Positions 8,310-17,658 of a stretch of 64,000 nt of DNA are shown piece after piece. Numbering within the stretch: position 1 is the stretch's first letter; each line of letters starts with the position of its first letter. The stretch comes from a virus, in IMG/VR virus record IMGVR_UViG_3300044732_000704, positions 29,435-93,434 of that record; one strand, written 5' to 3'. A program made the translations under genes and the position numbers. Below the pieces are notes generated by a model. That model was not told the origin of the DNA. It saw nothing but the letters and a program-made list of their open reading frames with translations, and made no database searches.

Positions 8310-8525
8310 ATGAGGAGAGGGATCGTGGTTAGATGTTTTCTAATACTGGTGGCTACATTATCATGTTTCACTGCAAACACAGCAACAACTGATTTTAAAT
8401 ATAAGAAAGTGGTTGACAAAGAGCTGAGAAGTCAGTACTATCGTGAATGTAAATTAGACAAGGGTGAAAACTGTCATATGTTTTCATTCAACAAAGCTGT
8501 TAAACTTGAAATTGTGGAGGGATAG
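8310..8525 (+). CDS. Hypothetical protein, possible signal peptide
   Basis: 71 aa ORF with hydrophobic N-terminus. Confidence 0.45.
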   Translation: MRRGIVVRCFLILVATLSCFTANTATTDFKYKKVVDKELRSQYYRECKLDKGENCHMFSFNKAVKLEIVEG

Positions 8526-8528
8526 AGA

Positions 8529-8927
8529 GTGAAGAAAGATAAATTGATTGCACTCTTACAACAGATTGACGGTAATCCTGACATCTACCTGTGGAATGGT
8601 TTTGTTGATGATTGGGTTGACATTGAACCAAATCTGGTTAAAACAGAATTTGTCAAGCATAGTAAAAGTCACGTCGCAGGTTTAATTCGATTTCAGTATA
8701 TGCAGCAAGTTGGGACGTTTGAATTAACTGAGCAACAAGAAGTGGAAGTATCTGTTATTGTGGAGAATAGTTATAATAAACATTACAAAGCTTGGGATTT
8801 ACCTAATCGTTTTGTAAGTGATGAACAGTTCAAACAGTGGTATGATAAAAAGAAAGTTGTCTATCTGATGAACACTAAAACCAAAGGTGTCACGTATTCC
8901 GATAGGATTGGAGACATGAGGTATTAA
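8529..8927 (+). CDS. Hypothetical protein
   Basis: 132 aa ORF with GGAGG RBS. Confidence 0.7.
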   Translation: MKKDKLIALLQQIDGNPDIYLWNGFVDDWVDIEPNLVKTEFVKHSKSHVAGLIRFQYMQQVGTFELTEQQEVEVSVIVENSYNKHYKAWDLPNRFVSDEQFKQWYDKKKVVYLMNTKTKGVTYSDRIGDMRY

Positions 8928-9131
8928 CATGAACAGAAAGAATACAATTAAATACATTCATCCCATAGTAGGTGAAGTGTGGATTGATAAGAAAACAACA
9001 GCAGTTGAATTGTATTCTGAAAAAGAATATGATAAACTGAATGAGTTGATTCAGACGGAATACAAGAAATGTTATGGGAACTTAGTTCCTGTTGTTGAAC
9101 GATAGAATATTTAAACTTAAAGGAGAATATT

Positions 9132-9761
9132 ATGAAACCATTTAATACATTAAACCAAATCGAACTGGCTACTCTGACAGATGAACAAGTGCAAGAATAT
9201 GTTGACTATGCTTGTGCTGAGAAAGGAATTCCGTCAGTGTTCACAGTGATTGAACAACCAGAATCGTTGAAATCGCAATCTGACATTACACTGATGAGTT
9301 TTTCAGAATTTGTTGTAGACGAAGAAACTGGTAAGAAGATTGCTCAAATCTTGGCTGATTCTAATCAGTATAGGAAAGAATACAATAGTAATGCTTATGA
9401 AATTACAACAGCGGATTACTACACTGTTAAACCAAAGCTAATTCGCACTAAGTCACCACAGCTTGTTGCTAAAGAGGCTGTTGAGAATGCTAAACTTACT
9501 CGTGAGTGGAAAGCATATAATGAAGCTTCTGAAGTTCAGAGCCAAGCCATGAATGACCGTCAGAAATTGATTGATGAATTATATGATACGATTTACGAAG
9601 CACGTTCATTTGTTAATAAGAAAGACTCACTGATTTCTGCATACGATAAGTATCTGTCTATGGCAGGCGGTGATCGAGAAATCGCTACACGATTCTTTGA
9701 GAACACGTATAGTGCTACACAATATGAATTAATCCGAGATTACATTTTAGGAAATGTTTAA
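9132..9761 (+). CDS. Hypothetical protein
   Basis: 209 aa ORF with AAGGAG RBS, followed by a terminator. Confidence 0.75.
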   Translation: MKPFNTLNQIELATLTDEQVQEYVDYACAEKGIPSVFTVIEQPESLKSQSDITLMSFSEFVVDEETGKKIAQILADSNQYRKEYNSNAYEITTADYYTVKPKLIRTKSPQLVAKEAVENAKLTREWKAYNEASEVQSQAMNDRQKLIDELYDTIYEARSFVNKKDSLISAYDKYLSMAGGDREIATRFFENTYSATQYELIRDYILGNV

Positions 9762-9782
9762 ATTTATATCTAATATTCCAAT

Positions 9783-9808
9783 AGCCCGCATTAGCGGGCA
9801 TTGTTTTA
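9783..9808 (+). terminator. Rho-independent terminator
   Basis: GCCCGC-ATTA-GCGGGC followed by a T-rich tract. Confidence 0.65.
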
Positions 9809-10104
9809 TGTAGGAAATGATCAATCCGTCATTTCAATCTGCACGGATAAATTTAGAAATTGAGAATAATTTAGTTGGAATGTTGACAGATGCAGGTAGA
9901 ACTCGTTAAGGAATTCAGTGCAAAACTCGACCATTAAAATACGCATCGGCAACTTTTTCATTCTATCCTCGACACGAAAATAGTTGGAAAATCAACAAGT
10001 AATGATTGAAATCCCATTCAATATCCCACACGATCACTAACCCAGTGATTGCATCACTATCAATTCAGCCAGCAACACAGCCAGAAAATTCCAGCAAACG
10101 CAAA

Positions 10105-10119
10105 TGGGAATGATTCTCA
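10105..10119. promoter_or_regulatory. Fur-box-like 7-1-7 palindrome
   Basis: TGGGAAT-G-ATTCTCA versus consensus TGATAAT-N-ATTATCA. Confidence 0.45.
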
Positions 10120-10398
10120 ATAACAAACAACACTGTCGATAAATTTTACACACGCTGTAATGAAAGTTGACATAGCCTGTCAAAATAATTTACACGATAA
10201 ATAAATACATAAAAGCTATTGACAAAGCTTGTTAGCTTGTGTTATTCGCGTATACGTTCATTTACAAGGCGTCAAATAAATTGACAAACAATTCAGCCAG
10301 TGGAAATAATTTAAAATAAATAGAAATAAAGCTTGTGTTATGTTTTAGCTGTGATAGATTGAACGTATTGAAACAACACAAAGCAAGGTAGAAACAAG

Positions 10399-10707
10399 AT
10401 GAAAGATAAATTCAGAAACAAAGACGGCTCATTGACAGTATATTCTCTGCGTTGTGGGAATATCCAACGTTATGAGAAAAATCAATTTAGTGTTGAACTG
10501 TATCACGAAGATTGTGTTTACCATGTACGTTATTTTAACCGCAATGGTGATTTTGGTAAACCGTTTAACGACTTATCCGGCGGTCGATTCTGGTTAAGCT
10601 TTGACGATAACAATTTAACGCAAGCGAAAAAAGTATATAATAAGCTTGCAAAAGCTGTTGAATGCGGTTATTTTGATTCTAATGTTTTAAATTATGGTGG
10701 TGTTTAA
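10399..10707 (+). CDS. Putative pre-early protein
   Basis: 102 aa ORF with leader AAGGTAGAAACAAG-ATG. Confidence 0.7.
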   Translation: MKDKFRNKDGSLTVYSLRCGNIQRYEKNQFSVELYHEDCVYHVRYFNRNGDFGKPFNDLSGGRFWLSFDDNNLTQAKKVYNKLAKAVECGYFDSNVLNYGGV

Positions 10708-10708
10708 G

Positions 10709-10921
10709 ATGATTAAACAAGGTGATTATTACAAAGCCAAACAAGCGCTTGTTATTGGTCGTTGCAAACCAAAACAAGGTGATATATTCTGGATTACTAG
10801 CCCGTCATATTCTAATAATGAATTTGTGACGATTGCCAGAAAGGGTAAAACCGCAGCAAACGGGTATAGTGTACCAGTCCAACAATTTTTAGAATTCTTC
10901 GATAAGGTAGAAACAAGATGA
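10709..10921 (+). CDS. Putative pre-early protein
   Basis: ORF in the tightly packed plus-strand island; second Met chosen as start. Confidence 0.6.
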   Translation: MIKQGDYYKAKQALVIGRCKPKQGDIFWITSPSYSNNEFVTIARKGKTAANGYSVPVQQFLEFFDKVETR

Positions 10922-11130
10922 AAGCATCAAAAGAAATCCGCGATCAATTGCATCCGGTGATCCGGCAATTATTCCCAGTGTTTGCAGAGTTGGATATTGA
11001 TGATCAATTCATGGTAAACGGCAATACTTACAAAAAGATCAGTAGTCGGACCGCTAGAATTGTTGCACCGGTGGAATACTCGAATCGTTGGTTTTATTTT
11101 GGACAGAATGACAAGGTAATGAAAGTATGA
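10918..11130 (+). CDS. Putative pre-early protein
   Basis: 70 aa ORF with the same AAGGTAGAAACAAG-ATG leader. Confidence 0.65.
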   Translation: MKASKEIRDQLHPVIRQLFPVFAELDIDDQFMVNGNTYKKISSRTARIVAPVEYSNRWFYFGQNDKVMKV

Positions 11131-11241
11131 AATTATCAAAGCAATCTGTTGACAACGCAATATTCCTTGTTGTAAGCTTTACGTGTTCTTTAATTGGTGG
11201 GTTTATGGCCTTGGCTGGATTCTGAATTAATAGGTGATAAT

Positions 11242-11388
11242 ATGAGCTTAGATAAATTTGTTACAATGTATCTTGATTGGGTAAATAATTTTATATCGGT
11301 TCAACGTTTTGCAGATCATTATCAGATCAGCGTTGATACTGCTTGGAAAATTATTGAGATTGGTCACAGTATCGGAGAATTAAAATGA
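11242..11388 (+). CDS. Small phage protein (YLDWVNNF motif)
   Basis: MSLDKFVTMYLDWVNNFISVQRFADHY, a common small early phage family. Confidence 0.6.
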   Translation: MSLDKFVTMYLDWVNNFISVQRFADHYQISVDTAWKIIEIGHSIGELK

Positions 11389-11643
11389 ATCGTTTACAAT
11401 TAATCGCACAAGCTGCTAAAGTAGTTCAATCTGAGAACAAAAACAGCTTTAAGGGTATTGAAAGACAAGTGCTGTCAATCGTTGATCGGGAATATGTCAA
11501 CAAACAAAAAGACGTTGACAATGTGACAGAACTCGATTTTAATAATTAAAGCTTGTTTCTTTATATACTACTGGCTTATAATTTGAGTCAGTAGCAATAA
11601 GCAAACAATCGGCAATATTGCCAACAAAACAAGGTAAAACATC

Positions 11644-12051
11644 ATGCAATTATCAAGCGTAGAATATTGGAAAGAAGTTTCAGCACTGGCGCAAATGATT
11701 GTCAGCGAAGCAGCAGACTATGCTGGTTGTAATACGGCGGATACTTTTGATCGGGATACTGTTTTAGAAAAAATACATGACTTTGTATTACCTGAAACAA
11801 TCGACGGCCATCAGTGGGTTGTTTACTACGCATACAATCTTTCAGTGTTGGAAAATTCCGACAATTCAGATTACATGGTTGATAACTTAGGTGCTGAAAG
11901 TGCTGGTGAAGTGCTGAAAGAATCTGGTTTATCTGGTTTGCATTCTGCCTTAGCTTTTTGGGCTTTGTATGCTGACGTTCAAGATCGTATTGAGTCAGCG
12001 TTAGATCAATACGAAAGCAATTTAGAATCAGAAGAAGGGGATCAGGAATGA
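11644..12051 (+). CDS. Ocr-like acidic DNA-mimic anti-restriction protein
   Basis: IHDFVLPETIDGHQWVVYYAYNLSVL resembles T7 Ocr [24 protein letters not shown]; highly acidic with an acidic C-tail. Confidence 0.6.
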   Translation: MQLSSVEYWKEVSALAQMIVSEAADYAGCNTADTFDRDTVLEKIHDFVLPETIDGHQWVVYYAYNLSVLENSDNSDYMVDNLGAESAGEVLKESGLSGLHSALAFWALYADVQDRIESALDQYESNLESEEGDQE

Positions 12052-12299
12052 TCCCAGTAATCCAAGCAATCGAAGCAACAGCACAAAGCGATTTAGACCT
12101 TATTCTGGCTATCAAGGCATTAAGCTTTGAGGAAATTGAACAATTGACAGACCATTTGATTATCTGTCATAAAACAGGTAATCAGTTTACAGTGAAAGCA
12201 ACACGGAAAAGTTTTATAAATATTCTTGCTGAGCTGTTGACAGGCAAGTTAAGATCTTGCTACTCTTTACGCATTGAACGTTTTCAATATAAATTCTAA
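12048..12299 (+). CDS. Putative pre-early protein
   Basis: 83 aa ORF coupled by an ATGA overlap. Confidence 0.6.
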   Translation: MIPVIQAIEATAQSDLDLILAIKALSFEEIEQLTDHLIICHKTGNQFTVKATRKSFINILAELLTGKLRSCYSLRIERFQYKF

Positions 12300-12320
12300 T
12301 TCAATTACAAGGGCTTTATC

Positions 12321-12680
12321 ATGAACAAACAAGCAATCAAAACAGCATTACAACAGCAAGTGGACAGCCTGATCAATCGTGGTCGTATTCCTTGCTTTGA
12401 ATTTGAACGCATGATCGATAACGAAAAAGAATGGTTTGTTGTTGACTTCGAAGTCACAGATAAAGGCGTAGAATTCAGCTTTGACCAAGCAAACCTTGCT
12501 GTTTCTTTTGACGGGAACATCGAACAATTATCAGAAAACTATTTTCTCATCCCGTTTGACAATGCGGAATATCTGGTAAATAATGTTGAAAGTTTAGATG
12601 AATATCTGTATGTTATTTCAGATAACATCCGTGACGGGTATTTGTATTCGAATGGTATTGCAACAGATTCTGAGGAATAA
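12321..12680 (+). CDS. Acidic putative pre-early protein
   Basis: 119 aa, strongly D/E-rich. Confidence 0.7.
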   Translation: MNKQAIKTALQQQVDSLINRGRIPCFEFERMIDNEKEWFVVDFEVTDKGVEFSFDQANLAVSFDGNIEQLSENYFLIPFDNAEYLVNNVESLDEYLYVISDNIRDGYLYSNGIATDSEE

Positions 12681-13044
12681 ACAAGATGTCAAAAAGTTTT
12701 AAATTCAATCCAGACAACACAAAGCAGGATAACAAGCAAACCAAGCTCAAAGCAAAAGAGCAAGGCAAGCAAACTAAGCAATTTTGGCGCAATGTAGCAA
12801 GCCAACAACACAAGGATACAATCTAATGGTTATTTACTTCCGTACAAGAACTCAAGCTCGGGTTCATGCTGTAAAGACGGGCAACAAAGCCACGACAACC
12901 AAGGCGGAAAAGGGCTGGGCTGTTAGCTTGAAAAAGAAATAAATAATTTTATAAAAAGGGCTTTACAGCCCTTTTGTTTTGTTCTAAGATTGTTTTATCA
13001 AGTGCTGAAATTGGTTCAGCGCTAGAATCTGAAAGGGTAGAACC

Positions 13045-13305
13045 ATGTTAGTATTAATTTTCGTTTTTATTGCTGTAGCTTTACCGATTATTGTTATCTG
13101 GACAAGCCATGCAATTATCGCTTGGCAAGATGAGAAGCAATCAACAAGCTTTTCAGCAATTTATGCTGAAATGCAACGGGAAATTAAATTGAAAGAGATT
13201 CACCGCCAAGCTTCAGCTGTAGCAATGACAAAGAAATTAGACTGGCAACAAGATAGAGCATACAAAGACGAATACCGCCGTTTATTCTTGGAAAATTGCT
13301 TATAA
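13045..13305 (+). CDS. Membrane-anchored putative pre-early protein
   Basis: N-terminal TM helix; GGGTAGAACC-ATG leader. Confidence 0.65.
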   Translation: MLVLIFVFIAVALPIIVIWTSHAIIAWQDEKQSTSFSAIYAEMQREIKLKEIHRQASAVAMTKKLDWQQDRAYKDEYRRLFLENCL

Positions 13306-13313
13306 AATATCGG

Positions 13314-13348
13314 TTGACAGCATAACGCCAGCATTCTAAAATGCTGGC
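13314..13348 (+). promoter_or_regulatory. Sigma70 promoter with a palindrome over the -10
   Basis: TTGACA-N17-TAAAAT; GCCAGCATT-CTAA-AATGCTGGC inverted repeat. Confidence 0.65.
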
Positions 13349-13651
13349 TATTCCTAACAAAGTAAGGGTTTTAAAATGAAAATTGACAATGCATTAATCG
13401 TTTTATCTGTTGCACTGGGTACGTTTGGTATCTATAGCGTAGAATCTGCAATTACTTGGTTTTGTGGTGCTGTAATGGCTGGCGTTTTAATTGCTTTAAA
13501 TGATTAAGGGATAGAACCAATGACAACAAACGATTATATCATCTTAGGGATGATCATCTATGCGGTAGTGCTGGCATTCTTGATTGGCGCTATTGCTAAC
13601 AATGTAAGAAATAATAAGGACTAAAGTATAAACATCAAATATAACACACTC

Positions 13652-13680
13652 AAAAGCCCGCATAGCGGGCTTTGTTGTTT
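13652..13680 (+). terminator. Rho-independent terminator ending the island
   Basis: AAAGCCCGC-ATA-GCGGGCTTT plus T-rich tract. Confidence 0.8.
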
Positions 13681-13926
13681 ATGTAGGGTTATCCTACAGT
13701 GTGCACACTGAAAGCGAATAAACTCTGCTTATGAGCGTTATTTACTACTAATTACATTCCAATAATATCCCTCAAATTATCATCAGGCGAAGTGGTAGCA
13801 ATCGCAAGATTGTCTAACACGAAGCAAAGCTTGTTCCTAATCAATAAAATCAATTAGTCAAATCCACTAACTATTAGTCTATCTCACCACTACAATTATG
13901 CCTGTCAATATAAACATAAATGATAG

Positions 13927-14058
13927 TGATAATTATTCTCATTCAGCTAATCAATAATACTAATATTAAAGTAAATAATAATTATTCTCATTCTCATTCA
14001 TTCTGTAATTTTCCTACAATGCAATTGATAATAGAAATACAAATGAGAAGCATTATCA
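13927..14058. promoter_or_regulatory. Cluster of three Fur-box-like palindromes
   Basis: TGATAAT-T-ATTCTCA (13927), TAATAAT-T-ATTCTCA (13976), TGAGAAG-C-ATTATCA (14044). Confidence 0.55.
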
Positions 14059-14464
14059 GTGATATTTCAAAGGATTCGGAGGTTTTAGTTGGGAGGTAGT
14101 GGTCGTGTTAAACCATCACATAGCTCTAAACTGATTTTAGAATACCCTTATAGGGTGTATATTTTGGGTATGATATTTTCGATGTTAAATTAACAGGAAG
14201 GGACACTGATATTTGCACTATAATTTTTACAAATAAATTCTAATTAAATGAAGTATTTATAGTATTTTTACAAGGATATTTCATACACAAGGTAGAAACA
14301 GGAAGTATACAGGAAGATGTTACAAGGATAGGGGATATTTGAGGTAGAACACTGAGGTTGATATTTGATAAGAGAATGGCTCACTTCTGGGTCAAAATGA
14401 GCCATGTATTTAGTCTAATATTTCTAGGGGAAATCCTAAAAAGTGTGACATTGTGTGACATTGC

Positions 14465-15247
14465 TCACACAGCATTAATCCATCTACTAACTGTTTCTCT
14501 CCTTACACCTAACTTCTTAGCTATTTGAGTGTTGTTATATCCATCAGCTTTTAGTTTTAGGGCGGCTACCTTGTTGGCATCCGTTATACTAAGTTCTGCA
14601 CCTAGGTTATCTAATCTAAATTCAGTGATAGTTTGTCTCATCTCTAATTCACTCACCCTGCTTCTAAGAGAATCTAGTTCTCCTAATATTTTCATTGTAG
14701 TGTATGTGTTATCAAACATACTGTTGATTGTAGTCTTACTTGTAATCATGGAATATAAACCCTCATCTGCAATCTTAGTTATTTCCGCTGGTAATAGCTT
14801 CTCGGTACTTTCTATAATTTCGTGACGATTGTAGTGTTCCTTGGTGGACATTTCTTTCAGGGAATTTAATCCTTTGTTGTGTTTCTCTGCCACTACATTA
14901 TAAGCATCCTCTACAGTTCCTTTATCCCTTATTATATGCACCATACCATCTACACCCATCTCGGTAGTAAATCTTTCTATAGGGACATAGTCAGGGTCTA
15001 GTTTATTAGCTTCCTTGATATTTTGTGCAGCCTCAATCCTGAAATCTTTACTGAACTTAGCTACCTCATAATAGTTAGAGAATGAAGTAGCAGCTTCTTG
15101 CTTGATAAAGCGTAGCTTATCTTCTGGGGCTAATAGGTTTAACTTCTCGGATAATTCTATCTCTAAGTCTATAACACTATCGAGATATTCCTGTGTTGTT
15201 TGTGTAATACAAAAAGCCCCTGACGGGGCTAATTCTTTTTCTTCCAT
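14465..15247 (-). CDS. Coiled-coil protein with C-terminal HTH DNA-binding domain
   Basis: GYNNTQIAKKLGVRRETVSRWI HTH. Confidence 0.75.
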   Translation of the reverse strand: MEEKELAPSGAFCITQTTQEYLDSVIDLEIELSEKLNLLAPEDKLRFIKQEAATSFSNYYEVAKFSKDFRIEAAQNIKEANKLDPDYVPIERFTTEMGVDGMVHIIRDKGTVEDAYNVVAEKHNKGLNSLKEMSTKEHYNRHEIIESTEKLLPAEITKIADEGLYSMITSKTTINSMFDNTYTTMKILGELDSLRSRVSELEMRQTITEFRLDNLGAELSITDANKVAALKLKADGYNNTQIAKKLGVRRETVSRWINAV

Positions 15248-15259
15248 TCGTATTTCTTC

Positions 15260-16489
15260 CTATGAGATATTCAAGTAAAATTCTTTTACGTGTTCACTGG
15301 TTTTGATATTCTTCTCTCCTACGTGAGTAACGAAGCTGATATTGTTTAAATCCTTCAGTCTTGATAGGGCTACATACAACTGACCATTGCTGAAACATCC
15401 TTTACCGACATCAATAGCTGCTTTCTCTAAAGTCATCCCTTGTGATTTATGAATACTGATAGCCCAACCTAATTTCAGAGGTAATTGGATATACACACTG
15501 TCGATAACGTGTTTGTATTTACCGTCCACTTTCTGTAGCTTGTATTTCTCCCATGTGAAAGGGATAACATTTACTAAATCTCCGTTATCTTTTCTCACTT
15601 CAACAGCATTGGGGAACAGACGTTCCACTGTACCGCGTTCTCCGTTCGTGTAACCACTCTCATTATCGTTGGCTGAGATAATCACCTTTGTCCCTACCTT
15701 CAATTTCAGCAGTTCTGATACACCACAGCCGTTCTCTTTACCTACTGCCTTATATACCTTTTCTGGAGACATTATCTGACTATACCAGTGATGGTTGATT
15801 GCTTCTGCATCTTGGTTATAAGCGCACAGGTGCAACGTAGAGGCTTCGTTTACATAAGGCAGTGCGTTAGCTTGGATTGTAGCTAAAGCTTCTCCTGCTG
15901 TGTCTGAGCCTTTCCTAATTGCGTTTAGTAATTCCACCTGTGTCTTGTCTGATTGACGCACTACATCTGTGAGTTCAACGGTCTTGAAGTTCCATGCACG
16001 GCTATGGAAACAGAACGGAGACTGGTATTCATTATCTAACAACAGTTTGTCTTGCTTACTTACAATTGGTTCTAATTGGAAGAAGTCCCCTACCAACACC
16101 AATTGTAAACCACCGAAGGGTTTCTTGTTTCGTCTTACCAGCTTCAAACGATGGTCAATAATGTCCAACTGCTCCGCTCGTAACATACCAGCTTCATCAA
16201 TAATGATGCGTTTGATATTTGAGCCAAGACCGAATATCTCCTTGAATGCTTTACCCACCTTTCCCCAGTCAGATAACAGAGGGTAATGTAAAGGTAAAGC
16301 GAATGTCGAGTGGCATGTAACACCACCAATGTTAATTGCTGCAATACCTGTTGGGGCACACAGTATAGTGTCGTCATCCAGCACTTGTCGGATTACGTGG
16401 GACTTACCCACGCCACCGCTTCCTGTCAGGAACAAATTAACTCCATCTCGGATTAGTTTTAGTGCATACTCTTGTTTTTCAATGATCAA
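15260..16489 (-). CDS. PIF1-family (SF1B) DNA helicase
   Basis: TGSGGVGKS, APTGIAA, IIDEAGM, GDFFQL, AISIHKSQGMTL, GQLYVALSR; likely TTG start at 16489. Confidence 0.93.
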   Translation of the reverse strand: MIIEKQEYALKLIRDGVNLFLTGSGGVGKSHVIRQVLDDDTILCAPTGIAAINIGGVTCHSTFALPLHYPLLSDWGKVGKAFKEIFGLGSNIKRIIIDEAGMLRAEQLDIIDHRLKLVRRNKKPFGGLQLVLVGDFFQLEPIVSKQDKLLLDNEYQSPFCFHSRAWNFKTVELTDVVRQSDKTQVELLNAIRKGSDTAGEALATIQANALPYVNEASTLHLCAYNQDAEAINHHWYSQIMSPEKVYKAVGKENGCGVSELLKLKVGTKVIISANDNESGYTNGERGTVERLFPNAVEVRKDNGDLVNVIPFTWEKYKLQKVDGKYKHVIDSVYIQLPLKLGWAISIHKSQGMTLEKAAIDVGKGCFSNGQLYVALSRLKDLNNISFVTHVGEKNIKTSEHVKEFYLNIS

Positions 16490-16624
16490 TAGCTTTCCCC
16501 TTATTATAATCCTTCGGAATCCCCAGATATTCCCCAATCTCATCTGCTGTTCGCTTTACGTGTATCTTATTGAAGGCTTTCATAGCTGCTTCAAATGTGC
16601 CTGTTTGTTCTTGTGTTGGTTTCA

Positions 16625-16834
16625 TTAATTCCCCCTGAACAAAACATACTCTGTTGATTCTTTATCTTGCCGATAGTTCTGTACCCAACCATCTGGTCTA
16701 GGGAGACATAACCTCGTTACACTAATATCTTTAGGTGTAACAAGATATTGTTCGCTATACATCTCCGCAGCCACTAACATATGTGGCGGATATGTCTTTA
16801 ATAACTCAATCAATTCATTTACTGTCATTCCCAT
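16625..16834 (-). CDS. Hypothetical protein
   Basis: MTVNELIELL N-terminus typical of small phage proteins. Confidence 0.6.
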   Translation of the reverse strand: MGMTVNELIELLKTYPPHMLVAAEMYSEQYLVTPKDISVTRLCLPRPDGWVQNYRQDKESTEYVLFRGN

Positions 16835-17058
16835 TTCACTCCTGCATCATCTAATGCTTCTTTTAAAGCATCCATCATCTGTCTTGTGCAATCATACTCA
16901 TCCCAAGATGGAAGCTTCACCACTAAACCTTCGGTGTACTTCTCATGCGATGCCATCCAACCATCCCAAGCACCTTCTTCATCTAGGTAGACCAGCTTGT
17001 CGTGTGATAGAGACACCAACCATTTCTCAAAGTCTTCTTTGGTTTGTTCTTGTGTCAT
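16825..17058 (-). CDS. Hypothetical protein
   Basis: 77 aa ORF in an overlapping gene string. Confidence 0.6.
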   Translation of the reverse strand: MTQEQTKEDFEKWLVSLSHDKLVYLDEEGAWDGWMASHEKYTEGLVVKLPSWDEYDCTRQMMDALKEALDDAGVKWE

Positions 17059-17230
17059 TCCTTCTCCACCTCCCTACAAATAAACTCATCAGCTAATGTT
17101 GTACAGACAATTTTATCTTCTGTGTACATCTTGATAATCCCTGTGTCTCGAATGTGTACTGTGCTGAGAACTAATAATCCCATCACCATCATACCTAATA
17201 AGAATGTGATTACATTACTCTCAAATTTAC

Positions 17231-17473
17231 TCATAAATTCCCTCCATCAATAACCCTCTTAACATAAGCCAACATCTTTTCTTGTGTCTCTACACCACTC
17301 CAAAAGATTTCATCTGTATTGAAATAACGTTCATACACAACTGTTCTGTCTGGTGCCCACACCATCACTTGCTGGCTATATGTATCTGGACAACGTAATG
17401 TCTGTTCAATTGGATAGAAGCATATTTGATAATCTTTATACCAATGAGATTCTTGGTGTTTGTTGTTAGCCAT
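17231..17473 (-). CDS. Hypothetical protein
   Basis: 80 aa ORF. Confidence 0.55.
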   Translation of the reverse strand: MANNKHQESHWYKDYQICFYPIEQTLRCPDTYSQQVMVWAPDRTVVYERYFNTDEIFWSGVETQEKMLAYVKRVIDGGNL

Positions 17474-17658
17474 TAAGTAATACCTTTAATCTGTTCATAA
17501 CCCTGACGACTGATCTTGTATGAATCTCCATTCATCATTGTAATTACAAGGCTAAACTCATCTCTTAATCCATATTGGCGATACGGTCTAATAGAGCATA
17601 CAAGGTTCCTGTTAACTTCGATGACTCCGTGGTCTTTTGTTACAATCTCTACAAACAT
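17473..17658 (-). CDS. Hypothetical protein
   Basis: 61 aa ORF, translationally coupled. Confidence 0.55.
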   Translation of the reverse strand: MFVEIVTKDHGVIEVNRNLVCSIRPYRQYGLRDEFSLVITMMNGDSYKISRQGYEQIKGIT

